In this document: positions 38,252-47,803 of the stretch, piece by piece
Position numbering within the stretch: the stretch's first letter is position 1
How the letters are laid out: each line of letters begins with the position of its first letter
Assembly (NCBI GenBank): GCA_036504355.1
Contig: DASXVG010000141.1
Coordinates: forward strand, 5,650-69,649
Source of the DNA: Candidatus Limnocylindrales bacterium
GTDB taxonomy: Bacteria; Chloroflexota; Limnocylindria; Limnocylindrales; CSP1-4
Length of the DNA stretch: 64,000 bases
Direction of reading: 5' to 3'
Program-made: the position numbers and the translations under genes
Notes under the pieces: model-generated
What the model saw: only the letters and a program-made list of their open reading frames with translations
Databases searched by the model: none
Told to the model about the DNA's origin: nothing

Positions 38252-39460
38252 TCAGGCCGGCGGAGGCTCGAACCCCTGGGCGGGCACCGGCTCGCAGCGC
38301 AGCGGCCGGTCGTGCCGATAGCCCAGCGCGTAGTCGGCCTGGATGAGCGTGTGGAGCTGGCTCGTGCCCTCGTAGATGACGGCCGCCTTCGAGTTGCGCA
38401 GGTAGCGCTCCACCGGGAACTCGTTGGAGTAGCCGTTGGCGCCGTGGATCTGGATCGCGTCCAGCGCCGCCTGGACCGAGTGGTCCGTCGCATGCCACTT
38501 CGCGAGCGAGGTCTCGCGGGTGTTGCGCAGTCCCCGGTTCTTGAGCCACGCGGCCTGGAGCACGAGCAGCCGCCCGATCTCCGTCCCCTTGGCCATGTTC
38601 GCCAGCATCTGCTTGACCAGCTGGTGCTCGCCGATCTCCTGGCCGAACGTGTGCCGCTCGTGCGCATACCGCAGCGACGCGTCGAGGCATGCCTGCGCGA
38701 GCCCCACCGCCCCGGCGGCGACCGTGAACCGGCCCTGGTCGATCGCGCTCATCGCGATGAGGAAGCCCTCGCCCTCCTCGCCGATCCGGTTCTCGACCGG
38801 TACCCGCACGTCCTCGAATTCGATCAGGCCCGTGTTGCCCGCGCGGATGCCGAGCTTGCCGTGGAGCGTGCCGGTCGAGAGGCCGGGCGTCCCCCGCTCC
38901 ACCACGAACGCGGTCACGCCCCTGTGCTTCTTCGCGCGGTCGACCGACGCGAACACGAGGAAGTGGTCTGCGAGGTCGGCAAGCGAGATCCAGATCTTGT
39001 GCCCGTTGAGGACGTACGAGTCGCCGTCGCGGCGGGCGGTCGACTCGAGCGCGCCGGCATCCGTCCCGACGCCTGGCTCCGTGAGCCCGAACGTCGCGAG
39101 CTTCTCGCCCTTCGCCTGGGGCACGAGCCAGCGCTGCTTCTGCTCCTCGGTCCCCCACTGGAGCAGGGTCAGCGAGTTCAGGCCCACGTGGACGCTCTGC
39201 ACCACGCGGAACGCGGTGTCGGCGCGCTCGAGCTCCTCGCACAGGAGGGCGAACGAGACGTAGTCCATGCCAGAGCCGCCATAGCGCTCCGGGATCGGCG
39301 CGCCCAGGAACCCGAGCTCGCCCATCTTCGCGAAGATCTCGCGGTGGACCTCGCCTTTCTCGTCCCAGTCCCTGATGTTCGGGAGGATCTCGGCCTCCAC
39401 GAAGGCGCGGGCGGCGTCCCGGACGAGCCGGTTCTCCTCGGTCAGTGCGAAGTCGACCAC
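38252..39460 (-). CDS. Acyl-CoA dehydrogenase (short/branched-chain type)
   Basis: FGLTEPGVGTD, NGHKIWIS, KLGIRA, RHTFG, QIHGANGY, IYEGTSQ. Confidence 0.95.
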   Translation of the reverse strand: MVDFALTEENRLVRDAARAFVEAEILPNIRDWDEKGEVHREIFAKMGELGFLGAPIPERYGGSGMDYVSFALLCEELERADTAFRVVQSVHVGLNSLTLLQWGTEEQKQRWLVPQAKGEKLATFGLTEPGVGTDAGALESTARRDGDSYVLNGHKIWISLADLADHFLVFASVDRAKKHRGVTAFVVERGTPGLSTGTLHGKLGIRAGNTGLIEFEDVRVPVENRIGEEGEGFLIAMSAIDQGRFTVAAGAVGLAQACLDASLRYAHERHTFGQEIGEHQLVKQMLANMAKGTEIGRLLVLQAAWLKNRGLRNTRETSLAKWHATDHSVQAALDAIQIHGANGYSNEFPVERYLRNSKAAVIYEGTSQLHTLIQADYALGYRHDRPLRCEPVPAQGFEPPPA

Positions 39461-39546
39461 GGGCGGGTCCTCACGGGGGCGGAGTGTCGGGTGGAGTGCC
39501 CGCATCCTACCGGGTCGCCGGGTGCCCGCTGCCTATACTCGACCGC

Positions 39547-40845
39547 GTGAACACGACCGACGACGACGACCTCGACCTCGCGGCCCTCGCCGCGCCCCAC
39601 ATGTCCCCCGTGCTCGGGCGGTACATGGACCGCAGCTGGTCGCACGGGATCGGCCACCGCCTCTACGACACCGACGGTAACGCCTTCCTCGACTTTGCGA
39701 ACGGCATCGCGGTCACGTCCCTGGGGCACACGCACCCCCGCGTGACGGCCGCGATCCACGCCCAGGTCGACAGGCTCATCGGCCCGGTCCACGCGATCGG
39801 CTTTGCGGAGCGCACGGTCACGCTCGCGAGGATGCTCGCCGCGACGTTCCCAGAGCCGCTGGACACGGTGATGTTCCTCAACTCGGGCTCGGAGACGATC
39901 GACGGCGCGATCAAGCTCGCGCGGCGCGTCACCGGCCGGCCGGCGATCCTCGCCTTCCGTGGGGCGTTCCACGGCCGGACGATCGGGGCGACGAGCGTCA
40001 CGAGCTCCAGCCTCAACTACCGGCGCGGCTACGAGCCGCTGCTTCCGTCCGTCTACCAGCTGCCGTTCCCCGCGGCGTATCGCGACTTCGGCGGCGACGA
40101 GGACCTCGCGACCCGGCGCTGCATCCAGCACCTCCGCGACACGCTCGAGTCGACTGTCGCGCCCTCCGAGGTCGCGGCCGTGCTGATCGAGCCGGTCCAG
40201 GGCGAGGGCGGCTACTACCCGGCCCCGGTCGAGTTCATGCGCCAGCTCCGCGCGCTGTGCGACGAGCACGGGATCCTGCTCATTGCCGACGAGGTCCAGT
40301 CGGGCTTCGGGAGGACCGGCGAGATGTGGGCCTTCCAGCACTCGGGCATCGTCCCGGACGTGGTCGTGACGGCCAAGGCGATCGCGAACGGCCTGCCGCT
40401 GTCCGCGATCATCACCAGCCGCGAGCTGCAGGAACGCTGGGGCCGAGGCGCACACGGCACGACGTACGGTGGCAACCCGGTGGCGTGCGCGGCCGGGGTC
40501 GCCGTGCTCGAGACGATCGCGGACGAGGACCTCGTCGCGAACGCGCGGGTGCGCGGCGCCGAGCTTTCAGGCGGGCTGCGCGAGCTGATGGCCGAGCACC
40601 CCGCCATCGGCGACGTGCGCGGACCCGGGCTCATGATCGGCGTGGAGTTCGTGACCGACCGGGCGACGCGGGAGCCGGACGGCGCCCGGTCCGAGGCGGT
40701 GGCGGCGCGCGCGAGCGACGCCGGGCTGCTGCTGCTGAACTGCGGCGTGCACCACCAGGTCATCCGGTGGATCCCGCCGCTCGACGTCACCGTGCCCGAG
40801 ATCGAGGAGGCCCTCTCGATCTTCGAGCGGGCCCTCAAGGGCTGA
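39547..40845 (+). CDS. Class III PLP aminotransferase (4-aminobutyrate/putrescine aminotransferase-like)
   Basis: AFHGRT, EPVQGEGG, DEVQSGFGRTG, TAKAIANG, TYGGNP. Confidence 0.93.
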   Translation: MNTTDDDDLDLAALAAPHMSPVLGRYMDRSWSHGIGHRLYDTDGNAFLDFANGIAVTSLGHTHPRVTAAIHAQVDRLIGPVHAIGFAERTVTLARMLAATFPEPLDTVMFLNSGSETIDGAIKLARRVTGRPAILAFRGAFHGRTIGATSVTSSSLNYRRGYEPLLPSVYQLPFPAAYRDFGGDEDLATRRCIQHLRDTLESTVAPSEVAAVLIEPVQGEGGYYPAPVEFMRQLRALCDEHGILLIADEVQSGFGRTGEMWAFQHSGIVPDVVVTAKAIANGLPLSAIITSRELQERWGRGAHGTTYGGNPVACAAGVAVLETIADEDLVANARVRGAELSGGLRELMAEHPAIGDVRGPGLMIGVEFVTDRATREPDGARSEAVAARASDAGLLLLNCGVHHQVIRWIPPLDVTVPEIEEALSIFERALKG

Positions 40846-40881
40846 TGCTGGCGGGCCGCGCGTGCGGTCCCGCCGGTCGGA

Positions 40882-41076
40882 TCAGCGGTTGCGGGCCAGG
40901 AAGGCCATGACGTCCTCGAGGCGGAACCGCCGGTCGCCGCGCTTGCACACGCGGTAGAACGGGAGCTCGCCGCGATCGCCGAGGCGCTTCACGGTGTTCA
41001 CGTGGAGGTGGAGCATCTCGGCGACCTCGCTCGCGGTGAGCATGGGACCGAGATCGTTGAGGGCCATTGACGCCAT
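40882..41076 (-). CDS. Small HTH_17 (excisionase/BldC-like) DNA-binding protein
   Basis: MLTASEVAEMLHLHVNTVKRLGDRGELPFYRVCKRGDRRFRLEDVMAFL. Confidence 0.85.
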   Translation of the reverse strand: MASMALNDLGPMLTASEVAEMLHLHVNTVKRLGDRGELPFYRVCKRGDRRFRLEDVMAFLARNR

Positions 41077-41707
41077 GTGCGGATTGCCTCTGCTGTAAGA
41101 CGAGCCCGGCCGCCGCGGAGGGCACTGCGGTGCGGTCCGGCTCGCTGCTGAGGGGAGTGTCGGGTTGAAGGGTGGCTTTGCGTAGCCGTACTCTCGATTA
41201 CCCGGTGGTACCAGAGGGGTCGGGTCCCGCAGGGAGGCCTGGGGTGCGGTCGGTGCCGGTGACGATGCGCGCGGTTGCACCCGGTGCGGTCATGACGGGA
41301 GCCCGATCGGGCCGGCGCCGCTCGACGGCGCTTGGGGGCACAACCATGCGTCGATCGGTCGCGATCGCCGGCCCCCGGGCATCGCGCGCGTGGCGGGCAG
41401 ACCCGACTCGCGTGACGCTCGGCATTGTGCGGTGCGGACGGGTCGGACGCACGCCCGCGGCGCAGGTTGCGGTGCGCCGCGGCACCGGGCCGTGGCGTCA
41501 GTGGTGGTGTGGCTGCGCCTCCGCGGCCCCGGCACCGGCGGGGAGGTCCCGGCTCACGATCCTGTCACCGGCACGCACGCCTCACCGTCATGGTGCGGGG
41601 GTCGGGACAACGGGCAGTCAAGTCACCACAATGCCCGGATTCCGGGGGCCCCTCGCGGCGTCCGCGCTCCGCCGTCAGGCGGTCCAGCAGCACGGGGAGG
41701 ATCGCGA

Positions 41708-42196
41708 ATGCGTCCTGTCAGGATCCTGCGAACGTTGCTGATCGGCGGCCTGCTGGCCGCTAACAGTCTCTTGGCGTCGGCGCCTGGTGTCGCTGCCTAC
41801 GGCAAGGCAGCCCAGCCGCTCGCCCAGATCGAGTTCTCGGCGAACTGCAACAACCCCGGCTTCGGCCTGTGCCAGGAGGTCGGCCTCGGCGGGATCTGGT
41901 TCTGGGTCGAGATCGACGGCAGGAACCAGAGGGGTGACATCGCCGGGGCGGGCTGCGGCCACGTCCGCGGTGACGGTGGCGGTGGTGGATCGATCCGCGG
42001 AGAGATCAGCTGGTGGTGGTCCGCCTCCCCCCAGGGCCTGCCGGCCGTGGTCTTCGCACCCGACCCGGACGGCTACTACAACTTCGCGCTCCCTGGTCCT
42101 GGGGGTCCCGAGTACTTCTCGTTCCCCGTGACGGTCGGTCACCACTCCGCACATCCCGCCGCCGGCGTGGCAATCGAGGTCCAGGTCGCCCCGTAG
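41708..42196 (+). CDS. Secreted hypothetical protein
   Basis: GGGGAGG RBS; signal peptide ending ...APGVAA; three Cys; Trp/Gly-rich. Confidence 0.75.
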   Translation: MRPVRILRTLLIGGLLAANSLLASAPGVAAYGKAAQPLAQIEFSANCNNPGFGLCQEVGLGGIWFWVEIDGRNQRGDIAGAGCGHVRGDGGGGGSIRGEISWWWSASPQGLPAVVFAPDPDGYYNFALPGPGGPEYFSFPVTVGHHSAHPAAGVAIEVQVAP

Positions 42197-42259
42197 GTCG
42201 CACCCCGGTCCCGGCTGCGTCGCGGGCACATGCCGTTCGCGGTGATGCACGACTCGATC

Positions 42260-42284
42260 GAGGCCCCGGCGTCGCCGGGGCCTC
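42260..42284. terminator. Hairpin between the secreted-protein gene and tRNA-Arg
   Basis: gaggccccggc-gtc-gccggggcctc followed by tt. Confidence 0.55.
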
Positions 42285-42392
42285 TTGCCTGCCCCGTCCC
42301 TCCCGACGTCGCCTGGCGCGCGATGTCGCGTCGACGTGAACGGGCGCTCGATCGGCATGTCCGGCACGCGCGACGGATGGGCGCCTGGGGGT

Positions 42393-42468
42393 TGGCGCCC
42401 CCGGCAGGAATCGAACCTGCGACCAACCGCTTAGAAGGCGGCTGCTCTATCCGCTGAGCTACGGGGGC
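42393..42468 (-). tRNA. tRNA-Arg (TCT)
   Basis: GCCCCCGTAGCTCAGCGGATAGAGC...GCCGC-CT-TCT-AA-GCGGT...GGTTCGATTCC...GCCA. Confidence 0.97.
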
Positions 42469-42967
42469 GCAGTTGCGCGCTCTTCGGCCACGAAACGAGC
42501 ATCTGGCACCTGGTTGGTTGCTCGCATCCGCAAGACGCCCACCAGTGAGCGCCTGAACAAGGTGCGGGTATTCCCACCAAAATGCGGGTCCCCTGACCTC
42601 GACGAGAGTCTACGCGACTCGTCGGCCCTCAATCTCGAGGCGACCGGGCACATCGACGAACCGCAGACACCTGGATGCGCTCGATGGGCTGGACCGCGAC
42701 CTAGAGGCGAAGGGGAGGCTTCTGGGGTTCAGGCGATCCGCTGGGGCACCTCGCGAGTCACCGCCGCCAAGGCCGGCTCGAACTCGGAGAGCCGGCCACC
42801 CTCGCAATCGAGTCGAGCTCTCGGCACTGGCAGACGCAATCCTCGGCCTCACTGCGAGATCGCGGGGGGCGGGCCGTTGCGGTCGGCCGCAACCCCCGGT
42901 CCGGAGGCCGGTTGCCCACAGGCAGGCAGAGGCCGGGCGGTCCGGAGGCGCCTGGCCATCTGAGTGG

Positions 42968-43681
42968 CTAGTTGGCCTTGATCTGGAAGGCGGGGTAATA
43001 ACCGCTGTATTCGGACTGCGGATCGCCGCCAAAGAGGAGGTCGCCAATCGCCGACCCACTCGCGGACGGGACCTGGGCGAGCGCGACGTTGAGCGAGTCG
43101 TACCCGCAGCCGCCCGACGTTGTGTAGCAGTCGGTTGCCTCCCCGATCGGAGACGGACCGTAGTGGCTCGTGCTGTAGGCGATGACGACGCCGAACGTCG
43201 TCGGAAGCGCTTGCGCACTCCGCGGGAACGTGACGTTCAGCGCGTAGCCGTTGAAGCAGCCCTTGAGGGCATTATCGAACCACTTGCCCGCGTCCTCGCC
43301 GAGGCATTTCGGACTCGCCGAAGGGCGGTATGGGATGTCGAAGGTGCGAGTGGTTGCGACGCCAGCGACTGTCAGCGTGATCGGGACGGAGAAGGTCGCG
43401 CCCGGTGTGGTCACACAGTCGCCGGCATACCAAGAGCCGGACTCGCAGCCCCAGCTGCTCATCGTCACGACGACGTTGCTAAGGCTCTTGCCGGCCGCGA
43501 TGGTGACGTTCTGGCCGATCGAGACGAAACCATATGCCTCGGCGCCAAGGCTCGGCATGTTGCCGTGCAGCGGGTTGGGGGCAAGGGTGCTGTAGACAAT
43601 CGGCTTGTCGGGTCCCGCTAGCACCGAACCGGAGAGGGTAAGGCTCGCCACGATGGCGAGCAGGATGGACAGACGCTTCAT
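42968..43681 (-). CDS. Secreted Cys-containing hypothetical protein, atypical codon usage
   Basis: MKRLSILLAIVASLTLSGSVLA signal peptide; 6 Cys; more A/T-ending codons than the flanks. Confidence 0.8.
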   Translation of the reverse strand: MKRLSILLAIVASLTLSGSVLAGPDKPIVYSTLAPNPLHGNMPSLGAEAYGFVSIGQNVTIAAGKSLSNVVVTMSSWGCESGSWYAGDCVTTPGATFSVPITLTVAGVATTRTFDIPYRPSASPKCLGEDAGKWFDNALKGCFNGYALNVTFPRSAQALPTTFGVVIAYSTSHYGPSPIGEATDCYTTSGGCGYDSLNVALAQVPSASGSAIGDLLFGGDPQSEYSGYYPAFQIKAN

Positions 43682-44052
43682 GGGCTCCCCTTGCGTACGG
43701 CCGTGCCACCGAGGAACCGGCAGCAGACGGGCGTCGCTCCATCTCCGACCATTGCAGGTGCCAGGACCCTTGGCGTAGTCCGAATGGCCCCAAGTCGGTG
43801 CTGACCCGCAACGCCAGCCGCCTGCGGAGTGCGCCACCAAGTGCCAGTTGGATGAGCGCGAGACTCCTTGGTCAGAATTTGTCCGCGGCCATGTCGCGCT
43901 GGCCCGGGTTGACCCTCGCCATCGGCGCGATGCCTGCCGACAAGCCCGTCGGAATGGGGCATCTGCCCCATAGCGGAGCCCCGAATCCCTGGTGCTATGC
44001 TCCGGGCCCCTCGCGCGGGGAGCCCACGCCCGCGCGGCCGTCGAGCCCGGGA

Positions 44053-45441
44053 ATGCCCGACCGAATCATCGACAAGGGACAGCTCGCACTCGAGCTGCCC
44101 AGCACCCTGCCCGCGATCGCGATCGAGCCCGAATGGAAGGGCCAGCCCCGGCTGTGGGGCCACAGCCTCCACCCGATGTGCTCCTACCTCGCGAGCTTTC
44201 CGGCCGCCCTCGCGCACGCGTTCATCGCGCGCTACAGCCGACCGGGCGACGTCGTCCTGGACCCCTTTGCCGGGCGTGGCACGGCGCCGCTCCAGGCACT
44301 CGCGGAGGGACGCATCGGCGTCGGCAACGACCTCAACCCACTCGCCCAGGTCCTGACCGCGGCAAAGGTGGAGCCGGGGCTGTCCGCCGAGACGCGAACC
44401 CGCCTCGCGGCACTCCGTCTCGCGTGGAACGCGGATGCCCCGGCGTGGCTCGCGCTTGGCGAGCGCGTCGTCGCGCACCCTGAGGATCCCGGCGCCGGCG
44501 TGCCCGCCCCCGGTTCGGGCCACGGCCCCGACGCCCGCGAGGAGCCGGTCCCCACCGAGGTCGCGCTCGCGTTCCACCCGCGGACGCTCGGCCAGCTGCT
44601 GTTCCTGCGCAGCCGGCTCGACCTCGAGGACCGCGTTGACCGCTTCCTCGCAGGGGCGCTCGCGGGCATCCTGCACGGGAAGACGCCGAGCTACCTGTCC
44701 ACGATCATGCCCAACACGTTCAGCATGGCGCCGCGGTACGTGCGCGACTTCGTGGCGCTCCACGGCTACGAGCCCCCCGACCGCGACGCCTTCGACGCGC
44801 TCACTGCCAAGCTGGACCGCCTCTACCGCCAGCCGCTGCCCGGCGCCACCGGGATCGCCCTCGCGGGCGACGCGCGGACCGCGGGGGCCCGGGCACGCGC
44901 CGCCCTCCGCTCCCGCGGGCTCCCGGACAGGGCGCGCCTCGTGCTCACGTCGCCACCCTATCTTCGGGTGCTCAAGTACGGCTACTACAACTGGCTGCGG
45001 ACCTGGCTCCTCGGGTTCGACGCCCGCGCCATCGACGCCGAGCTCGACGACGCGCACCACCGCGAGCCCTGGATGGCCTTCATGCGCGAGGTCCTCGCCG
45101 ACCTGCGACCCGCCGTGACGGACGACGGGATCGCGGTCCTCGTCATCGGCGATGTCGAGATGGACCGCGGTAAGCCGTCCGCCAGCGGCCACCTCCTCGC
45201 TGAGCGCGTGTGGGAGGAAGCCGCATACCCGGCGGGATATCGGCTCGCAGGACTCGTTCGTGACGAGGTGGCCGCGAACCGCAAGATGACCCGCCTGTGG
45301 GGTGAGGAGGCGGGCAAGGCGACGAAGACCGATCGCATCCTCGTCCTCGGCGCCACCGACGCCGGTCGACGCCGCGCGCTCGCCGGAGCCGACCTCCCGC
45401 TCGACTGGACCTGGCCGCCGACGCGACTGCGCCCGCTGTAA
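44053..45441 (+). CDS. Orphan amino-DNA methyltransferase (likely N4-cytosine, alpha motif order)
   Basis: LHPMCSYLASFP, VLDPFAGRGT (motif I) before VLTSPPY (motif IV), VIGD. Confidence 0.88.
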   Translation: MPDRIIDKGQLALELPSTLPAIAIEPEWKGQPRLWGHSLHPMCSYLASFPAALAHAFIARYSRPGDVVLDPFAGRGTAPLQALAEGRIGVGNDLNPLAQVLTAAKVEPGLSAETRTRLAALRLAWNADAPAWLALGERVVAHPEDPGAGVPAPGSGHGPDAREEPVPTEVALAFHPRTLGQLLFLRSRLDLEDRVDRFLAGALAGILHGKTPSYLSTIMPNTFSMAPRYVRDFVALHGYEPPDRDAFDALTAKLDRLYRQPLPGATGIALAGDARTAGARARAALRSRGLPDRARLVLTSPPYLRVLKYGYYNWLRTWLLGFDARAIDAELDDAHHREPWMAFMREVLADLRPAVTDDGIAVLVIGDVEMDRGKPSASGHLLAERVWEEAAYPAGYRLAGLVRDEVAANRKMTRLWGEEAGKATKTDRILVLGATDAGRRRALAGADLPLDWTWPPTRLRPL

Positions 45442-45514
45442 CCTCCGGCCCGCGATCGGGGGCCGCCGGGCCCGGGTTCCGACACCGCACCGGGGTACGA
45501 TCATCGCGACACCG

Positions 45515-47728
45515 ATGGCCGATCGACTCCCCCGCTCCCGACCCGGCGCAGCCAGTCCCCGCGCGCTCGCGATCGCCCTCGCGCTCGTCGCCCTCGCCAC
45601 CGCGGCTGCCCTGGGCGCGGCGCCCGCCCTCGCCCTGAGCGCGGCGCCGCATCTGCAGGACCGCGTGACGGACCAGGCGAACGTCCTGTCGGGAGCAGAC
45701 GTGGACCGGATCTCGTCCGCCCTCAAGCAGCTCGAGAGCGACAGGGCGATCCAGCTGTTCGTGGCGTTCATCGACACGACCGGCGACACGAACGTGACGA
45801 CCTTCGCGGCGGACACGGCCGCGGCCAGCTCCCTGGGCGGCAACGACGCGCTGCTGCTGGTCGCCATCGAGGATCGCTCCGACGCCATGTGGGTGGGCGA
45901 TGCGCTCGATGAGGTCACGAACGACGAGATCGACGCCATCCTCACCGGCGGCGTCGAGCCGCGGCTCGCGGACGGCGACTTCGCGGCTGCGGCCATCTCG
46001 GGCGCGGAGGGTCTGGGGCAGGCCGCGACCGCGACCGTCGTGTCCACCGTCCCGCCGGCACAGCCGCAGGAGACGACAGTGCCGGCCAACGGCGGATCGG
46101 GTGCAGGCTCATCCGCCGGCGGGTTCAACCTCACCCCCGTCATCGCCGTGCTGCTGCTGCTTGGCGGCGGGTTCCTCGTGGTGCGCAGCATCGTCGACCG
46201 CCGCCGGCGAGATGCACAGGCAAAGGCGACCCACGACACCCTGAGCAGGGATGCCAATCGGGCCCTGCTCGCCTCCGACGAGGCGCTCAAGGATGCAGCC
46301 AACGACGTCGACTTCGCGGCCGCCCAGTGGGGCGAGCAAGAGGTCACGGCATACCGCCGCGCCATCGCCACTGCCACGGGCGAGCTCCGGGCGGCGTTCG
46401 AGATCCGCCAGCGGCTGGACGACGCGGAGCCAGAGACCCCGCCCGAGCAGGCGTCGATGCTCCAGGAGATCCTCGCCCGCACGGCGACCGTGAAGCGGCT
46501 GCTCGACGAGCAGGAGCAGCGCTTCGACCAGCTGCGGGACCTCGAGCAGACCGCGCCCGCCCAGCTGGACGCGCTCGTCCCGGCACTCGCGGCGCTCGGG
46601 TCACGGCAGGCCGCGGCCGCCGCCGAGGCCCAACGCATCGCGGCCGCCTACGCGCCGTCCGCCGTGACGTCCGTTGCCGGCAACGCGGCGGAGGCTGCGA
46701 AGGCGCTGGCATCGGCGAGCGCCGAGACGAGCCGGGGGCAGGGCATCGCGGCGACCAGGCGCTCGGAGGCGGTGGTCGCGCTGCGCAGGGCCCAGGACGG
46801 TGCCGCGCGTGCGACGCAGCTCATCGAAGCCGTCGAGCGGCTCGGTGCACGCCTCGACGACGCCGCCGCGCGGCTCCCCGCCGAGCTCGACGCCGCGGCG
46901 GCAGACGTCGCCACGGCAGGCGCTGCGGTCCGTGACGGGCGCAGCCTGCCCCCGCTTGCGCCCGGCACGAGCCTCGTCCCGCCGGTCGCACCCGGCGCCC
47001 CGATGCCGGCACCCACCGACCCGGCGATCGCCCTCGCCCAGGCGGAGCGGCTGCTCGGCGAGGCGCAGCGGGCGGCCGAGGCGCGGCCCATGGACCCGCT
47101 GGCGGCACTCGAGCGCGCGACGCAGGCGAACAACGCCGCCGACGCGATCATCGCCGGCATCCGCGAGGCCGAGACACAGCGGGCCCGTCGGCTCCAGGTC
47201 GCGGCCACGGCGGTCGCGTCCGCGCACGGGCACGTGACCCGGGCCACCGACTACATCACCACGCGTCGACATGGCGTGGGACGCGAGGCACGCACACGGG
47301 CCGCCGAGGCCCAGCTGCGTCTCGAGGAGGCGCAGCGTCTCGCCGCAACCGACCCAGACGCCTCCATCGCCTCCGCCCAGCGGGCCACCCAGCTCGCCGA
47401 CGAGGCATACCGCCTCGCCTCATCCGAGTTCGATGGGTGGGACCAGGGTGGCGGCCCGGTCGCCGGGCCCTACACGCGCGGGAGCGGCGACGCGCAGGTC
47501 ATCGGGGCAGTGATCGGCGGCGTGCTGGGCAGCATCCTGTCGGGCGCCGGCCGCGGCTCCGGCTGGGGTGGATCGCCGTGGGGCGGGCCGACGGGCGGGT
47601 CACGCGGGGGCGGCGGGTTCGGGATGCCGGGTGGCTTCGGGGGCGGCGGGGGCGGGATCGGTCTTCCGGGCCCGTTCGGTGGAGGTGGAGGTGGCGGTGG
47701 AGGTCGCGTGCGCGGCGGGCGCTGGTAG
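45515..47728 (+). CDS. TPM-domain membrane protein with long cytoplasmic coiled coil and Gly-rich tail
   Basis: Signal peptide; VTDQANVLS...LLLVAIEDR TPM domain; TM helix; Ala/Glu coiled coil; ...GGGGRVRGGRW. Confidence 0.88.
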   Translation: MADRLPRSRPGAASPRALAIALALVALATAAALGAAPALALSAAPHLQDRVTDQANVLSGADVDRISSALKQLESDRAIQLFVAFIDTTGDTNVTTFAADTAAASSLGGNDALLLVAIEDRSDAMWVGDALDEVTNDEIDAILTGGVEPRLADGDFAAAAISGAEGLGQAATATVVSTVPPAQPQETTVPANGGSGAGSSAGGFNLTPVIAVLLLLGGGFLVVRSIVDRRRRDAQAKATHDTLSRDANRALLASDEALKDAANDVDFAAAQWGEQEVTAYRRAIATATGELRAAFEIRQRLDDAEPETPPEQASMLQEILARTATVKRLLDEQEQRFDQLRDLEQTAPAQLDALVPALAALGSRQAAAAAEAQRIAAAYAPSAVTSVAGNAAEAAKALASASAETSRGQGIAATRRSEAVVALRRAQDGAARATQLIEAVERLGARLDDAAARLPAELDAAAADVATAGAAVRDGRSLPPLAPGTSLVPPVAPGAPMPAPTDPAIALAQAERLLGEAQRAAEARPMDPLAALERATQANNAADAIIAGIREAETQRARRLQVAATAVASAHGHVTRATDYITTRRHGVGREARTRAAEAQLRLEEAQRLAATDPDASIASAQRATQLADEAYRLASSEFDGWDQGGGPVAGPYTRGSGDAQVIGAVIGGVLGSILSGAGRGSGWGGSPWGGPTGGSRGGGGFGMPGGFGGGGGGIGLPGPFGGGGGGGGGRVRGGRW

Positions 47729-47803
47729 CGGCGACGACACGAGGCTCGACGGCATTCCGTGCGAGCATCAAGGCAGCCACGGACGTACCGGGAGGACATG
47801 CAC

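Noticed and set aside
40882-42468. Prophage or ICE at tRNA-Arg suggested by the Xis-like gene
   Set aside because: No integrase, no phage genes and no duplicated tRNA 3' end were found.
42469-42967. Pseudogene in the atypical tract beside tRNA-Arg
   Set aside because: No frame yields a recognisable protein fragment by eye; a tBLASTx search would be needed.
47560-47728. GGC/GGT repeat tract
   Set aside because: It encodes the ordinary Gly-rich tail of TPM proteins.
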